Source: an uncultured Myxococcaceae bacterium (GTDB lineage: Bacteria; Myxococcota_A; Polyangia; Polyangiales; Ga0077539). Taken from it: a DNA stretch of 64,000 nucleotides. Below, piece after piece: positions 47,992-57,412 of the stretch. Under the pieces are notes generated by a model. It was not told where the DNA came from and did not search any database. It saw only the letters and a program-made list of their open reading frames with translations. The DNA lies in contig CAYUSB010000004.1 in assembly GCA_964447205.1 (NCBI GenBank), forward strand, positions 51,799 to 115,798, in the 5' to 3' direction. The position numbers and the translations under genes are program-made. Numbering within the stretch: the stretch's first letter is position 1; each line of letters begins with the position of its first letter.

Positions 47992-48463
47992 TCACGCGCC
48001 GCGGGCCCCCAACCAGGCCGCCAGGGCCCGCCCGTCGCCGGTCACCCTCTCCACCCTGGCCCCCTCCAGCACGACCCCAAGGTCGGCCGCCAGGACCGCC
48101 CCGAGGGCCTCTGCGTTGGCGAGCTGGAGCCCCGCGCCCTGGTTGGCCCGGACGGGGGCGTCGCGTTTGAGCTCGACCACCCACACCGCGCGATGGCCCG
48201 GGTCGGGGGGCGACATATCCACGGCCGCGAAGTCGCCGCAGCGGCGCTGCTGGTGCGTACGAAACAGCCAGAAGCGCGCGTGATGGCCCAAGAGGGCGCG
48301 GGCAAACTCGAGCTCGTCGCACTTGAACGCAAACGCGTGCCGGGCCTCGTCGGGATCGACCCGTCGGGCACGATGGAGGGCGTGCGACATGCGCTCGATC
48401 ACGTCGCGGCGCGCGACTGAGGCGCGCGGGAGCCGCAAAAACCACGGGACTATTCTGCTCATG
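47992..48463 (-). CDS. small PD-(D/E)XK nuclease-superfamily protein (YraN/UPF0102-like), hypothetical
   Basis: Start ATG 48463 with AGGAGA 8 nt upstream. …CDELEFARALLGHHARFWLFRTHQQRRCGDFAAVDMS…VWVVELKRD… gives an E…D…E-x-K arrangement like YraN (GE…GEIDLIA…VFVEVK.R). Confidence 0.4.
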
Positions 48464-48765
48464 ATGTCTCTCTCCTGCGGCTGCGGCCCCATCGGTGCGG
48501 GCGGCAGCTCCCCTACGGCGTCACGACTACGAGGACGGGGGCGGTCAGCAGAGGACAATCATGGCGAGGCCGGTGGTAGCGCAGGCCGCGGGGTGCGTCA
48601 ACGCAGGGGCCACGGGCGAGGTCGTCGGCACCGGGGTGTTCGGTCACGACGTGACGCGATGCCTCAGCGGCCCCCTCGTACGAGGGCACCACGCCGGGCG
48701 GACGGGGCCCTTCCGGGCTGCGCCCGGCTCTTGCAGCGGCGCCAGTTGTGCGCAGGAGGTCAGCC

Positions 48766-49800
48766 ATGAAGCTCAACACTCGAGAGAAAATTGGGATCGC
48801 GGTGGCCCTCGGGGTAGGGGCCGCGGTCGCGCGTAGGCTGCTCCGGGCGCAGTATTCGTTCGCGGGCAAGACGGTGCTGATCACGGGGGGATCGCGGGGC
48901 CTGGGGCTGGTCCTGGCCCGGGCCTTCGCGGCCGAAGGGGCCCGGATCGTGTTGTGCGCCCGCGACCTGTCGACCCTGGGCCGGGCCTGCGACGAGCTCG
49001 GGGAGGCGGGGGCGGAGGTCCTTGCGGTCGCGGCCGATGTGACCCTCGACCTGGATGTCCGCTCGCTCCTGGCCGCGGTGGGCGACCGCTTCGGGCCGGT
49101 CGATGTCCTGGTCAACAACGCCGGGACCATGGACGTGGGCCCCCTGGAGTCGATGACCGAGGACGACTTCGCCCGGGCCATGGACACCCACTTCTGGGGC
49201 CCCCTGCGGCTGATGGAGGCCGTCCTGCCGTCGATGCGGGACCTGGGGGCGGGGCGCATCGTCAACGTGGTGTCGATCGGCGGGGTCGTTCCGGTGCCGC
49301 ATATGATCCCGTACACGGCGAGCAAGTTTGCGCTCGGGGGATTGTCCGAGGCCATGGCCGCAGAGCTGGTCCGCGAGGGGGTGACGGTGACCACGGTGTA
49401 CCCGGGGCTGATGCGCACGGGCTCGACGCGGCACGCCCGCTTCAAGGGCCAGCACCGGGCCGAACACGCCTGGTTCACCCTGCTCGATGCCCTGCCCCTG
49501 GCGTCGATGAACGCGGGACGGGCGGCACGGCAGATCGTGGAGGCCTGCCGTCGCGGAGATGCCCGGGTGGTGCTGTCCGTGCCTGCCAAGCTCGCGGTGT
49601 TCGCGCGGGGGGTGGCTCCCAACCTGGTGGCCCGGGTGACGGGCCTGGTGGGACGCCTCCTGCCGACCCCGGGGGGGCTCGGGACCGCGTCGCGTAAGGG
49701 CTACGAGAGCGAGTCCCCGGTGACCCTCTCGGTGCTCACGGCCCTCGATCGCAAGGCCGCCGCGGCCAACAACGAGGTCGCCCCGGGCAAGCCCAACTGA
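48766..49800 (+). CDS. short-chain dehydrogenase/reductase (SDR) family oxidoreductase with N-terminal TM anchor
   Basis: MKLNTREKIGIAVALGVGAAV (TM), then TGGSRGLGL (TGxxxGxG), NNAG, and catalytic Y…K in …YTASKFAL…. Confidence 0.85.
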   Translation: MKLNTREKIGIAVALGVGAAVARRLLRAQYSFAGKTVLITGGSRGLGLVLARAFAAEGARIVLCARDLSTLGRACDELGEAGAEVLAVAADVTLDLDVRSLLAAVGDRFGPVDVLVNNAGTMDVGPLESMTEDDFARAMDTHFWGPLRLMEAVLPSMRDLGAGRIVNVVSIGGVVPVPHMIPYTASKFALGGLSEAMAAELVREGVTVTTVYPGLMRTGSTRHARFKGQHRAEHAWFTLLDALPLASMNAGRAARQIVEACRRGDARVVLSVPAKLAVFARGVAPNLVARVTGLVGRLLPTPGGLGTASRKGYESESPVTLSVLTALDRKAAAANNEVAPGKPN

Positions 49801-49830
49801 CACGAAACGCCCATTGCACGAGGTGATCCC

Positions 49831-50292
49831 ATGACCACGCCGAACCGCAAGACCCCCGGAGGTCGATCGAAGCCGGTGGCGCCCCCTGCCCGGACCCCGC
49901 GGGCCTCCCGGGACAAGACCCCCGCGAGCGCAGAGGCCCCGCAGGCCCGGAGTCACTCCAGGAGCTTCTATGCCGAGGCCCGACAGCGGGCCGTGCGCCC
50001 GGACGACGCCCACGCCTTCGTGAGCGACCCCGCGGAGCGCCAGGCTCCGGTCACCGACGACCTCGCCGAGCAGCTCGCCGAACAGTATGTGGCCTCGGCC
50101 ACCTCGGGCGCCGACGCGGCCTCGGAGTCCGTCGACGACATCGTTCCCGAGGAGGTGGGGGGGCCCTTCGTGCTGTCGAGCTCCGAGCGTGAGTTTGCGC
50201 CCGGCACCGACGCGTCCAACCCCCCCGACGCCGAGGTCGAACCCTTTCCCGCGCCGATGAAGTCCCCCGCACGCGGTCCCCGGTCGGGCTGA
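49831..50292 (+). CDS. hypothetical low-complexity (disordered, Pro/Ala/acidic) protein
   Basis: ATG with GAGGTGA 5 nt upstream. 153 aa, with no recognisable domain. Confidence 0.3.
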   Translation: MTTPNRKTPGGRSKPVAPPARTPRASRDKTPASAEAPQARSHSRSFYAEARQRAVRPDDAHAFVSDPAERQAPVTDDLAEQLAEQYVASATSGADAASESVDDIVPEEVGGPFVLSSSEREFAPGTDASNPPDAEVEPFPAPMKSPARGPRSG

Positions 50293-50294
50293 GC

Positions 50295-50615
50295 CTACAG
50301 GGGCCCCCTGCGGGTGACGGCGAGGATCTCCCGCACGAAGCTCACCCGCGGGGCAGGGGCGCTGTACCCATGGGCCGACCGACCCGCCACCGTGAAGGGG
50401 TAGGGCCTCGAGACTTCCCCGAAGCAGATGATCGGGTCGCGGGCCACGTACACCCGCTGCCCGTCAATCGTACGCAGGGTCACCTCGACCCCGTCGTCGG
50501 TCGTGGTCGGAGTCGCCTCCGGGGTCGGGGCCGTCTGCGCCCAACCGTTGCCTGCACAGAGCGTAAACCCCATCGCCAGGGTCGCCGCCATGCCCGTCTT
50601 GTGTGCGCGCTTCAT
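50295..50615 (-). CDS. small secreted hypothetical protein
   Basis: MKRAHKTGMAATLAMGFTLCAGNGWAQTAP is a signal peptide. 106 aa. Confidence 0.4.
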   Translation of the reverse strand: MKRAHKTGMAATLAMGFTLCAGNGWAQTAPTPEATPTTTDDGVEVTLRTIDGQRVYVARDPIICFGEVSRPYPFTVAGRSAHGYSAPAPRVSFVREILAVTRRGPL

Positions 50616-50916
50616 CGGGAGTCTCCCATTGTGGTCGAGCGGAGGTCTCGGAGCTGCTCTGACCCCCTCGGCCTACGCAAGCACGGCCCCGAGCTCTTGT
50701 CACTGCGGGTCTGGGCCGCGGCATCGAGGCCGCCGGGTACATCCCCCACGGTGCAGGGCCGAGGCGCGTGACCGGCCGTCGTCGCGGACCGTCGGTCTGC
50801 GGCGGACTGCCGCGGTGGGTGTTTGACACCGTATGGCAGTCCCACTACACCGCGGGGTAGCGGTCGCTGGATGGGAGACTGGTCACCCTCCTGCGTGCCC
50901 TTCGCAGGAGCTGAGA

Positions 50917-53154
50917 ATGAGACATCGAGACGTATTCTTTGCTGCGGTGTTCGCGTCGTTCGCGGCATGCAGCAGTGACCCCGCCCCGGCCGAGCCCGAG
51001 GACTCGGGGGTCGTCACCGATCTGGGAAATCTCCCGGAAGACACGGGCAACCCGACCCCCGACACGGGCAACCCGATCCCCGACACGGGCAACCCGATCC
51101 CCGACACGGGCAACCCCGTCGAGGACACGGGCAACCCCGTCGAGGATACGGGCAACCCCGTCGAGGACACGGGCCCCCTCTGTCCCTCGGGCCAACTGGA
51201 GTGCGCCGGGGGCTGCGTCGACCCGCAGACCAACCCCGCCCACTGCGGGGCCTGCGGCACGACCTGCATGCCCTCCGAGGAGTGCCGGGCGGGGATCTGC
51301 ACCCCGACGGTGACCTGCATGGGGGGACAGATCCTGTGCGGCGGGGGCTGCGTCGACCCCCAGACCGACCGCAACAACTGCGGCACCTGCGGGACGGCCT
51401 GCACCGAGACCCAGACGTGTACGGCCGGGGCCTGCGTAGCCACCATGACCTGCCCCATGGGCCAGACCGCGTGCGGGATGACCTGCGTCGACACGGCCAC
51501 CAGCAACGCCAACTGCGGTAGCTGCGGGGCGGCCTGCGGGACGGGGGAGACCTGCATGGGCGGGGCCTGCCAGCTCCCGATGTGCCCCGCCGGCCAGACC
51601 CGCTGCAACGGGGCGTGCAGCAACCTGCAGAATGACGCGACCAACTGCGGGGCCTGCGGGACGGCCTGCGCCACCACCGAGACCTGCACCGCGGGAGCCT
51701 GCCGCCCGAGCTGCGCGGCGCCGCGGCGCAACTGCACCGTCGACGGGGCCGAGGTCTGCATCGACGTCCAGACCAGCGCCACCCACTGTGGGATGTGCGG
51801 CAACGCGTGCCCCACCGGTCAGGTCTGCACGGCCGGCCGTTGCGGCTGCCCGACGGGTCGCACCGCCTGCGGGATGGCCTGCGTCAATATCACCAGCGAC
51901 AACGCCAACTGCGGGATGTGCGGGACCGCCTGCCCGATGGGCCTGTCGTGCACGATGGGGGCCTGCGTGTGCCCCACGGGGTCCACCCGCTGCGGGACGG
52001 GCTCGGCCGCGCGCTGCGTCAACACCCAGAGCGACACCGCCAACTGCGGGATGTGCGGGCGGGCCTGCACGGCCCCGGCGACCTGCAACATGGGCACGTG
52101 CAACTCGCTCTGCGGGACGGGGACCACGAGCTGCGGGGGCCGCTGCGTGGCCGTCACGACCTTCCAGACCGACAACGCCAACTGCGGCCGCTGCGGCAAC
52201 GCCTGCGGGACGGGGACCACCTGCACCGCCGGGGTCTGCCGTCCCACCAACGACGCCCGGACCGCGGCCATCGCCGTGGTCTTGAGCACGGCCCGTGAGG
52301 TCACCGTCACGGGCAACACCACCAACGCGACCCACGACGGCCCCACGGTCCCCTGCGGCTGCACCTCGGGCGGCAACGTCTGGTACCGCTTCACGGTCCC
52401 GTCGCCGGGCGGAGTGGTCTACCTCGACACGGCCGGCTCGGCCTTCGACACCTCGCTCTTCCTCACCAACTCGTCCGGCACGGCCGTGCCTGCGCAGGCC
52501 GCCTCGGGTTCGCCCAGCCTCGGCCTGTGCAACGACGACGCCCTGTGCGGCACGGGCGGGGGATTCACCTCGGGCGTGCAGTCGCGCACCGTCGGGGTCC
52601 TCGCGGCGGGGACCTACAACGTGGCCGTCGGGGGCTGCGGGGCCGGAGCCTTCACCCTCCGACTCCAGTACCTCCCGCGCAACGTCGGGAGCCGCTTCGT
52701 CGACGCCCGGCTCACCGGCACGGGCAACGTCAGCGGCACCACCGCGGGGACTGCCGTGACCGCGGGCACCTGCGGCGGGGCGGGCGGGTCGGAGGATGTT
52801 CGGTGGTTCCTCAGCTGCGGGTCGGCCCCGCAGCTCTTCAGCCTGTGCCGGAGCGATCCGGGGGCGAGCTGGGTTCGCCAGCGCAACGGGGGGCCGACCT
52901 TCGACCCCGCGGTGTACGCCCGCAGCGCCCAGACCGGGGCCCAGATCGCCTGCAACGACGACGGGGCCTCGATGGGCGGCACCGACTGCCGCGGCCTCGT
53001 GCAGCGCACCCTCTTCCCGACCACCATCGACTCGCGGCAGTTCGGCTCGCGGCTCAACAACCTCTCGGCCCCCCGCGGCCTCAACGCCGTGTTCATCGAC
53101 ACCCTCTCCGGCGGGGCCGGGCTCATCTACAACATGCGCTACCAGGTCCAGTGA
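50917..53154 (+). CDS. Cys-rich repeat lipoprotein: (DTGNPxP)7 heptad repeats + ~18 myxobacterial 'CGxCGxxC' disulfide repeats + C-terminal PPC (pre-peptidase C-terminal)-like domain
   Basis: ATG 50917 with AGGAG 7 nt upstream. MRHRDVFFAAVFASFAACSSD has a lipobox. 21-bp tandem DNA repeats at 51040-51180 encode DTGNP(T/I/V)(P/E). Then …C.GGCVDPQT..NHCGACGTxC..GE.C..G.C… repeats about 18 times. C-terminus …WYRFTVPSPGGVVYLDTAGSAFDTSLFLTNSSG… is PPC-like. Confidence 0.75.
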   Translation: MRHRDVFFAAVFASFAACSSDPAPAEPEDSGVVTDLGNLPEDTGNPTPDTGNPIPDTGNPIPDTGNPVEDTGNPVEDTGNPVEDTGPLCPSGQLECAGGCVDPQTNPAHCGACGTTCMPSEECRAGICTPTVTCMGGQILCGGGCVDPQTDRNNCGTCGTACTETQTCTAGACVATMTCPMGQTACGMTCVDTATSNANCGSCGAACGTGETCMGGACQLPMCPAGQTRCNGACSNLQNDATNCGACGTACATTETCTAGACRPSCAAPRRNCTVDGAEVCIDVQTSATHCGMCGNACPTGQVCTAGRCGCPTGRTACGMACVNITSDNANCGMCGTACPMGLSCTMGACVCPTGSTRCGTGSAARCVNTQSDTANCGMCGRACTAPATCNMGTCNSLCGTGTTSCGGRCVAVTTFQTDNANCGRCGNACGTGTTCTAGVCRPTNDARTAAIAVVLSTAREVTVTGNTTNATHDGPTVPCGCTSGGNVWYRFTVPSPGGVVYLDTAGSAFDTSLFLTNSSGTAVPAQAASGSPSLGLCNDDALCGTGGGFTSGVQSRTVGVLAAGTYNVAVGGCGAGAFTLRLQYLPRNVGSRFVDARLTGTGNVSGTTAGTAVTAGTCGGAGGSEDVRWFLSCGSAPQLFSLCRSDPGASWVRQRNGGPTFDPAVYARSAQTGAQIACNDDGASMGGTDCRGLVQRTLFPTTIDSRQFGSRLNNLSAPRGLNAVFIDTLSGGAGLIYNMRYQVQ
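51040..51180. repeat. 21-bp tandem repeat x7 (GACACGGGCAACCC(G/C)(A/G)(T/C)CC(C/G)C) encoding DTGNPxP heptads
   Basis: Visible directly in the sequence. Lies within CDS 50917-53154. Confidence 0.75.
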
Positions 53155-53230
53155 CCTGAGGCCCACCCCCCGCACGCCCGCGCAGAACCTCCCGCTGCGC
53201 GGGCCTCGGCTCGTGTAGAGTCCCCGGGTC

Positions 53231-54187
53231 GTGGTGGTCGAAGCGTACCGGTCGGTTGTCCCCCCTCTGCGCGCCTGGCTCGTCGTGCCCGGGCCCGAAG
53301 TCCCTGCCCCTGCGGCCGTACGGGCCGCGGTCGTCACCGCTCGATGCCTCATCCACCAGGCCGATGACGCCCGACGGGCCGACGCCCTGGGGCTCCTCGG
53401 CCTGGAGCTTCCCTCCGCGGCCCCTGCCGCGGCCCTGGCTGCACAACGAGAGGCCCTGCGCCTGGTCCTGTCGGCCCGGGAGGGCCTCGACGAGCCGCTC
53501 CCCACCGTGGCCGAGGCCCTGCAGACGCCCGCCGGGGAGGCCTTCTGCGCGGCCTACCCCGCGCTCCCCGCGGTGGTCCTGCGTACGGCCGAGGCCGACC
53601 TCGACCACGACCCCGCCGCCCTCAACGCCGCCGTCGACGCCCTCGGGACCGCCCTCGAAGCCGAGCTGTCCGTGGTCGAACCCTCCGTCCGCAGTCGCCG
53701 GATGCGGGCCTTCCTCCGCCTGGAGCGCACCCTCCTGACCGTGGGGCTTCTGGCCCTCGGGGCCATGGGGCTGCGCGCGGTGGGCCTGTCGATGCGCACC
53801 GATCACGCGGTCCACGCGGTGTGGCAGGCCAGCTCGGCGGTCGACGGGTACACCCGCACGGGGCGGGGTTTTCATCCCATCGAGGGCCGCTTCAACATCT
53901 TCTTCCAGACCGCGGTCGAGGCCGAGCCCTGGGTGCGCTTCGACCTCGGGGCCGTGCGGGCCGTGCGGGCCGTGCGGGTACAAAACCGCCTCGACAACCA
54001 CCAGGACTGGGCCGTCCCCCTCATCCTCGAGGTCTCGACCGACGGAACCTCCTGGCGCGAGCTCGCCCGCCGCGTCGAGCCCTTCTACTTCTGGCAGGCC
54101 ACGTTTCGTCCCACCCGGGTCCGATGGGTTCGGCTCCGGGTGCCCCGCCCGACGAGCCTCCAGCTCGGGCGTGTCGAGATCCGCTGA
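53231..54187 (+). CDS. hypothetical membrane-anchored protein with C-terminal F5/8 type C (discoidin/galactose-binding-like) domain
   Basis: TM LLTVGLLALGAMGL. C-terminal …FFQTAVEAEPWVRFDLGAVRAVRAVRVQNR…WAVPLILEVSTDGTSWREL… resembles discoidin-domain core strands. Confidence 0.45.
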   Translation: MVVEAYRSVVPPLRAWLVVPGPEVPAPAAVRAAVVTARCLIHQADDARRADALGLLGLELPSAAPAAALAAQREALRLVLSAREGLDEPLPTVAEALQTPAGEAFCAAYPALPAVVLRTAEADLDHDPAALNAAVDALGTALEAELSVVEPSVRSRRMRAFLRLERTLLTVGLLALGAMGLRAVGLSMRTDHAVHAVWQASSAVDGYTRTGRGFHPIEGRFNIFFQTAVEAEPWVRFDLGAVRAVRAVRVQNRLDNHQDWAVPLILEVSTDGTSWRELARRVEPFYFWQATFRPTRVRWVRLRVPRPTSLQLGRVEIR

Positions 54188-54244
54188 GGGGCTCCCCCGC
54201 GCGGGGCGACAAACCCATCGGTCTACGATATGGTCCCGGGACCT

Positions 54245-56080
54245 ATGAATCGTCGCGCGCAGGCTGGGGGTTGGGTTGGTGTGGTGGCCGCGTTGGGGGC
54301 CCTGGGATGCGGGGGGGGTTCGGCCACCCCGGGGACAGACGGAGGCCCCGGGCCGGGGGCCGACGTGGCCGGGGCAGATACAGCCCCCGCGGTCGACACG
54401 GGCCCCGGGGTGTGTGTGCCCGACCGGGCGGCCTGGGACAGTACCATCCTCGGTCACGTCACCCGGCAGTGCGGGACCTGCCACGGGGCCTCCCCGCAGT
54501 ATGGTTCGCCCTACTCCTTGCTCGATTACGACGCCAACCTGACGGGCCCTGTGGGGCTGCGGCGGGTCGATCGGATCGCCGCCCGGCTCATGGCCGGCAC
54601 GATGCCCCCCGCGGGCACCCCGGCTCCCACCGACGCGGTCAACGCGGCCCTCGTGCAGTGGGCCACCTGCGGGGCCCAGACCCCGATGCCGGGGCAGGGG
54701 CTGCGGGCCTCGGCCCCCGTGTTCCGCTCGCCCGAGCGGAGCCCCGAAGGGCTCGCCCAGTTTGAGCTTCGGGCTGACAGCTTCCCCGTGCCCCCGACCT
54801 TGCGTGACCGCTACCAGTGTTACTCGTTCACGGCCCCGGTCGACGGCCCGCGCTTCATCAAGCGCTTCGAGATGATCGTCGACAACCCCGAGGTCTTGCA
54901 CCACCTCGTGCTCCTGCGCGACCCCCAGGGTACGGCCCCCCGCGAGCCCTTCCAATGCAACAGCATGCCCGAGGGCAGCGAGTACCTCTACGCGTGGGCC
55001 CCCGGGCAAAACGCCTTTGAGTTCCCTGAGGGGGGGCTGCGGGTCGAGCCCGGCCAGCGCTTCGTGGTGCAGTTTCACTACAACAACAGCGCCATGCGCG
55101 AAAACGTGGTCGACCGCTCGGGGGTCCGGCTCTATCACGGCCCCGTCGCAGGGACCGAGTACGGGATGGTGGCCATCGGGCCCGTGGGCTTCACCCTCCC
55201 GGCCCGCAGCGAGACCACGGTCGCGAGCGCGTGCACCCTGCGGGCGGGCAGCCGGATGCTCGCGGGGATGCCCCACATGCACGGGATCGGGACGGGCTTC
55301 GAGCAGACCGTACGGCGCCGGGCGGGGGGCACCGACCCCGTGGTGTCGCTCCAGGGATGGCGCTTCGAGACCGAGCTCTTCTACGAGCTCCCGGTGACCC
55401 TGGCCGAGGGCGACCGGCTCATCACCCGGTGTACGTTCAACAACCCCACGAGCAGCCCCGTGCGCTCGGGGTCGCGCACCACCGACGAGATGTGCTTCAA
55501 CTTCGCGTACGTCACCCCGCCGCCCCTGTTCCGCTTCTGCGACGAGGCCATCAACGTCGGCCCCGACCTCATGTACACCCCCGGGCGGTGCGCCGCCCCC
55601 GCCGCCACGCGCGCCCTCCCGCTGGCCCAGGGGCGGGTCATCGCCGACGATCCGCCCGCCCTCGTGGCCGGGCCCATCCCGTCGGGCCGCTGGGAGCTCG
55701 CGAGCGTCAACTACTACGTCGACACCATCATGACCGGGGCGGGGGTGCTCAACCTGTCCGAGTCGTCGATGTCCGGCCGCGGCCAGATGTGGATCGAGTC
55801 GGGGCGCCTGGTGGCCGACTTCAACACCTCCCTCGTGCTGGTGATCGGGGCCGGGATCCGGTTCTCGCGGGAGATCCCCCTGAGCTTCGCGGGCGACACC
55901 ACCCTCACCGGCACCGACATCGCCCTGCGGCCCACGTGTTCGGCCGAGGGCTCCACTGCCCCGATGGCCCTGCAGTACGGGCTCGGGGCAGGGGGCACCG
56001 AGCTCACCCTTGGGCTGCGGGCCCAGGAGACCGCCGGGGTGCGGATCACGCCGCGGTACACCTTCCGCCGGGCGGATTGA
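54245..56080 (+). CDS. lipoprotein with N-terminal CxxCH motif and copper type-II ascorbate-dependent monooxygenase (PHM/DBH)-like domain
   Basis: MNRRAQAGGWVGVVAALGALGCGG lipobox; …TRQCGTCHGASP… (CxxCH). PHM-like CuH site …NPEVLHHLVLL… (HH…), CuM site …AGMPHMHGIG… (H-x-H), and …TTDEMCFNFAYV… (Met ligand context). Confidence 0.55.
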   Translation: MNRRAQAGGWVGVVAALGALGCGGGSATPGTDGGPGPGADVAGADTAPAVDTGPGVCVPDRAAWDSTILGHVTRQCGTCHGASPQYGSPYSLLDYDANLTGPVGLRRVDRIAARLMAGTMPPAGTPAPTDAVNAALVQWATCGAQTPMPGQGLRASAPVFRSPERSPEGLAQFELRADSFPVPPTLRDRYQCYSFTAPVDGPRFIKRFEMIVDNPEVLHHLVLLRDPQGTAPREPFQCNSMPEGSEYLYAWAPGQNAFEFPEGGLRVEPGQRFVVQFHYNNSAMRENVVDRSGVRLYHGPVAGTEYGMVAIGPVGFTLPARSETTVASACTLRAGSRMLAGMPHMHGIGTGFEQTVRRRAGGTDPVVSLQGWRFETELFYELPVTLAEGDRLITRCTFNNPTSSPVRSGSRTTDEMCFNFAYVTPPPLFRFCDEAINVGPDLMYTPGRCAAPAATRALPLAQGRVIADDPPALVAGPIPSGRWELASVNYYVDTIMTGAGVLNLSESSMSGRGQMWIESGRLVADFNTSLVLVIGAGIRFSREIPLSFAGDTTLTGTDIALRPTCSAEGSTAPMALQYGLGAGGTELTLGLRAQETAGVRITPRYTFRRAD

Positions 56081-56209
56081 GCCCACCGGGCCCTCCAGCT
56101 ACCAGCGTCTGTCGATTTCCTCGCCGGGCGCGACGAAGCCTGCAGCCTGTCGTGACCCTCCTGCTCGAACGCCCTCTCTGTCGGAGGGCGACCGTAAGGA
56201 GGGTGCGCT

Positions 56210-57412
56210 GTGTCGCCTTTGTTGTGGTGTCGTTTCCGCGTGGCGGGAGCGGGTGTGGCCCTGGGCCTTGGGCTGACGGTGCCGCTGGCGAGCTGTCTGC
56301 CGCCCGAGAACCGTCCTGAGCCTGCGTACTTTCCCCCGACGCCGTCGTCTCCGCCACGCCGCGTCCGGCGCCTGGTGACCTCGGGGGGCGCGACGGCCCT
56401 GAGCCGCTTCACCCAGCACGAGCTGCACGAGTACCAGCCCGTGCTCTCTCCCGATGGCCGGAGCGTGGTGTTCGCGCAGACCGGGCAGGAGCTTGGACCG
56501 TACGGCGACCCCCAGGGGCCTACGGTGATCGCCTCTGTCGACGCCGCGACGGGGGCTCGGCGCGTGATGTGGACGCCCGCCCAGGCCCTGTCACTGTCGC
56601 CGACGTGGCTGCCCGACGGCAGCTCCCTGCTCTACGTCTCCAACCGCTCGGGCCCCGCGGCCGTGGTGCGCTCGCTGTCGGCTTCTCCCAACAGCGGCGT
56701 CTCGATCATCATGGACGAGAACCAGGCCCAGCGCATCGGCTCACCCTCGGTGTCGCCTGACGGTCGTCGGGTTGTCGCGCAGGCATACATCGGCAACGCG
56801 GTGTCGATCGTGATGCTCTCCCTCGGCACGAGCGAGTACGCGGTGTTGGGAGAGGGCCACCACCCGGTCTTCGACCCGCGCGGCGAGCGCATCGCCTTCG
56901 TGCGTCAGGTCGGGGCCGAGACCCAGATCTACACGATGCGGGCTTCGGACGGAACGGACGTGGTCCAGCTCACCCAGGGGGAGTACGCGGCCGACGACCC
57001 GACCTTCTCCCCGGACGGGCGCTGGATCGCCTACACCCTCAACCGGGGCGAAGGCGCCCGCGGCCCCGCCCGGGATCGTCGCAACCTCTTCGCGACCCGC
57101 GCCGACGGGCAGGGGACCCTCATTCAGGTCACCGACGGCGAGTCGATGGTGCGCCACCCGCATTGGGGCGTCGATGGCGCGATCTACTTCTCGGCCAATA
57201 GTCACAATGGCAACTATGACATCTGGAAGCTGCGTCCCACGGGGGAGCTTGCCTCGCTCGCCGTGACGCCCACCGTGTACCCCGGGGCCCCGTCGTCGGT
57301 GGCCCCGCCGAGCGACGCGACGTCGTCTCCGGCTCCGCAGACCCTGACGCCGGTGGGGGAGGTGTTCCCGGTGGAGCCCGAGGCCCCAGTGCGCCGTCGG
57401 GGGCGTCGATGA
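56210..57412 (+). CDS. TolB-like PD40 (WD40-like) beta-propeller lipoprotein
   Basis: GTG 56210 with AAGGAGG 8 nt upstream. Lipobox LASC. Repeated PD40 motifs: LSPDGRSVVF, WLPDGSSLLYVSNRSG, VSPDGRRVV, FSPDGRWIAYTLNRGEG. Confidence 0.7.
   Translation: MSPLLWCRFRVAGAGVALGLGLTVPLASCLPPENRPEPAYFPPTPSSPPRRVRRLVTSGGATALSRFTQHELHEYQPVLSPDGRSVVFAQTGQELGPYGDPQGPTVIASVDAATGARRVMWTPAQALSLSPTWLPDGSSLLYVSNRSGPAAVVRSLSASPNSGVSIIMDENQAQRIGSPSVSPDGRRVVAQAYIGNAVSIVMLSLGTSEYAVLGEGHHPVFDPRGERIAFVRQVGAETQIYTMRASDGTDVVQLTQGEYAADDPTFSPDGRWIAYTLNRGEGARGPARDRRNLFATRADGQGTLIQVTDGESMVRHPHWGVDGAIYFSANSHNGNYDIWKLRPTGELASLAVTPTVYPGAPSSVAPPSDATSSPAPQTLTPVGEVFPVEPEAPVRRRGRR

Noticed and set aside
50840-50900. Sigma-54-type promoter upstream of the Cys-rich lipoprotein gene (TGGCAG-N5-CTACA)
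   Set aside because: The -12 element does not match TTGCW, so I could not support the call.
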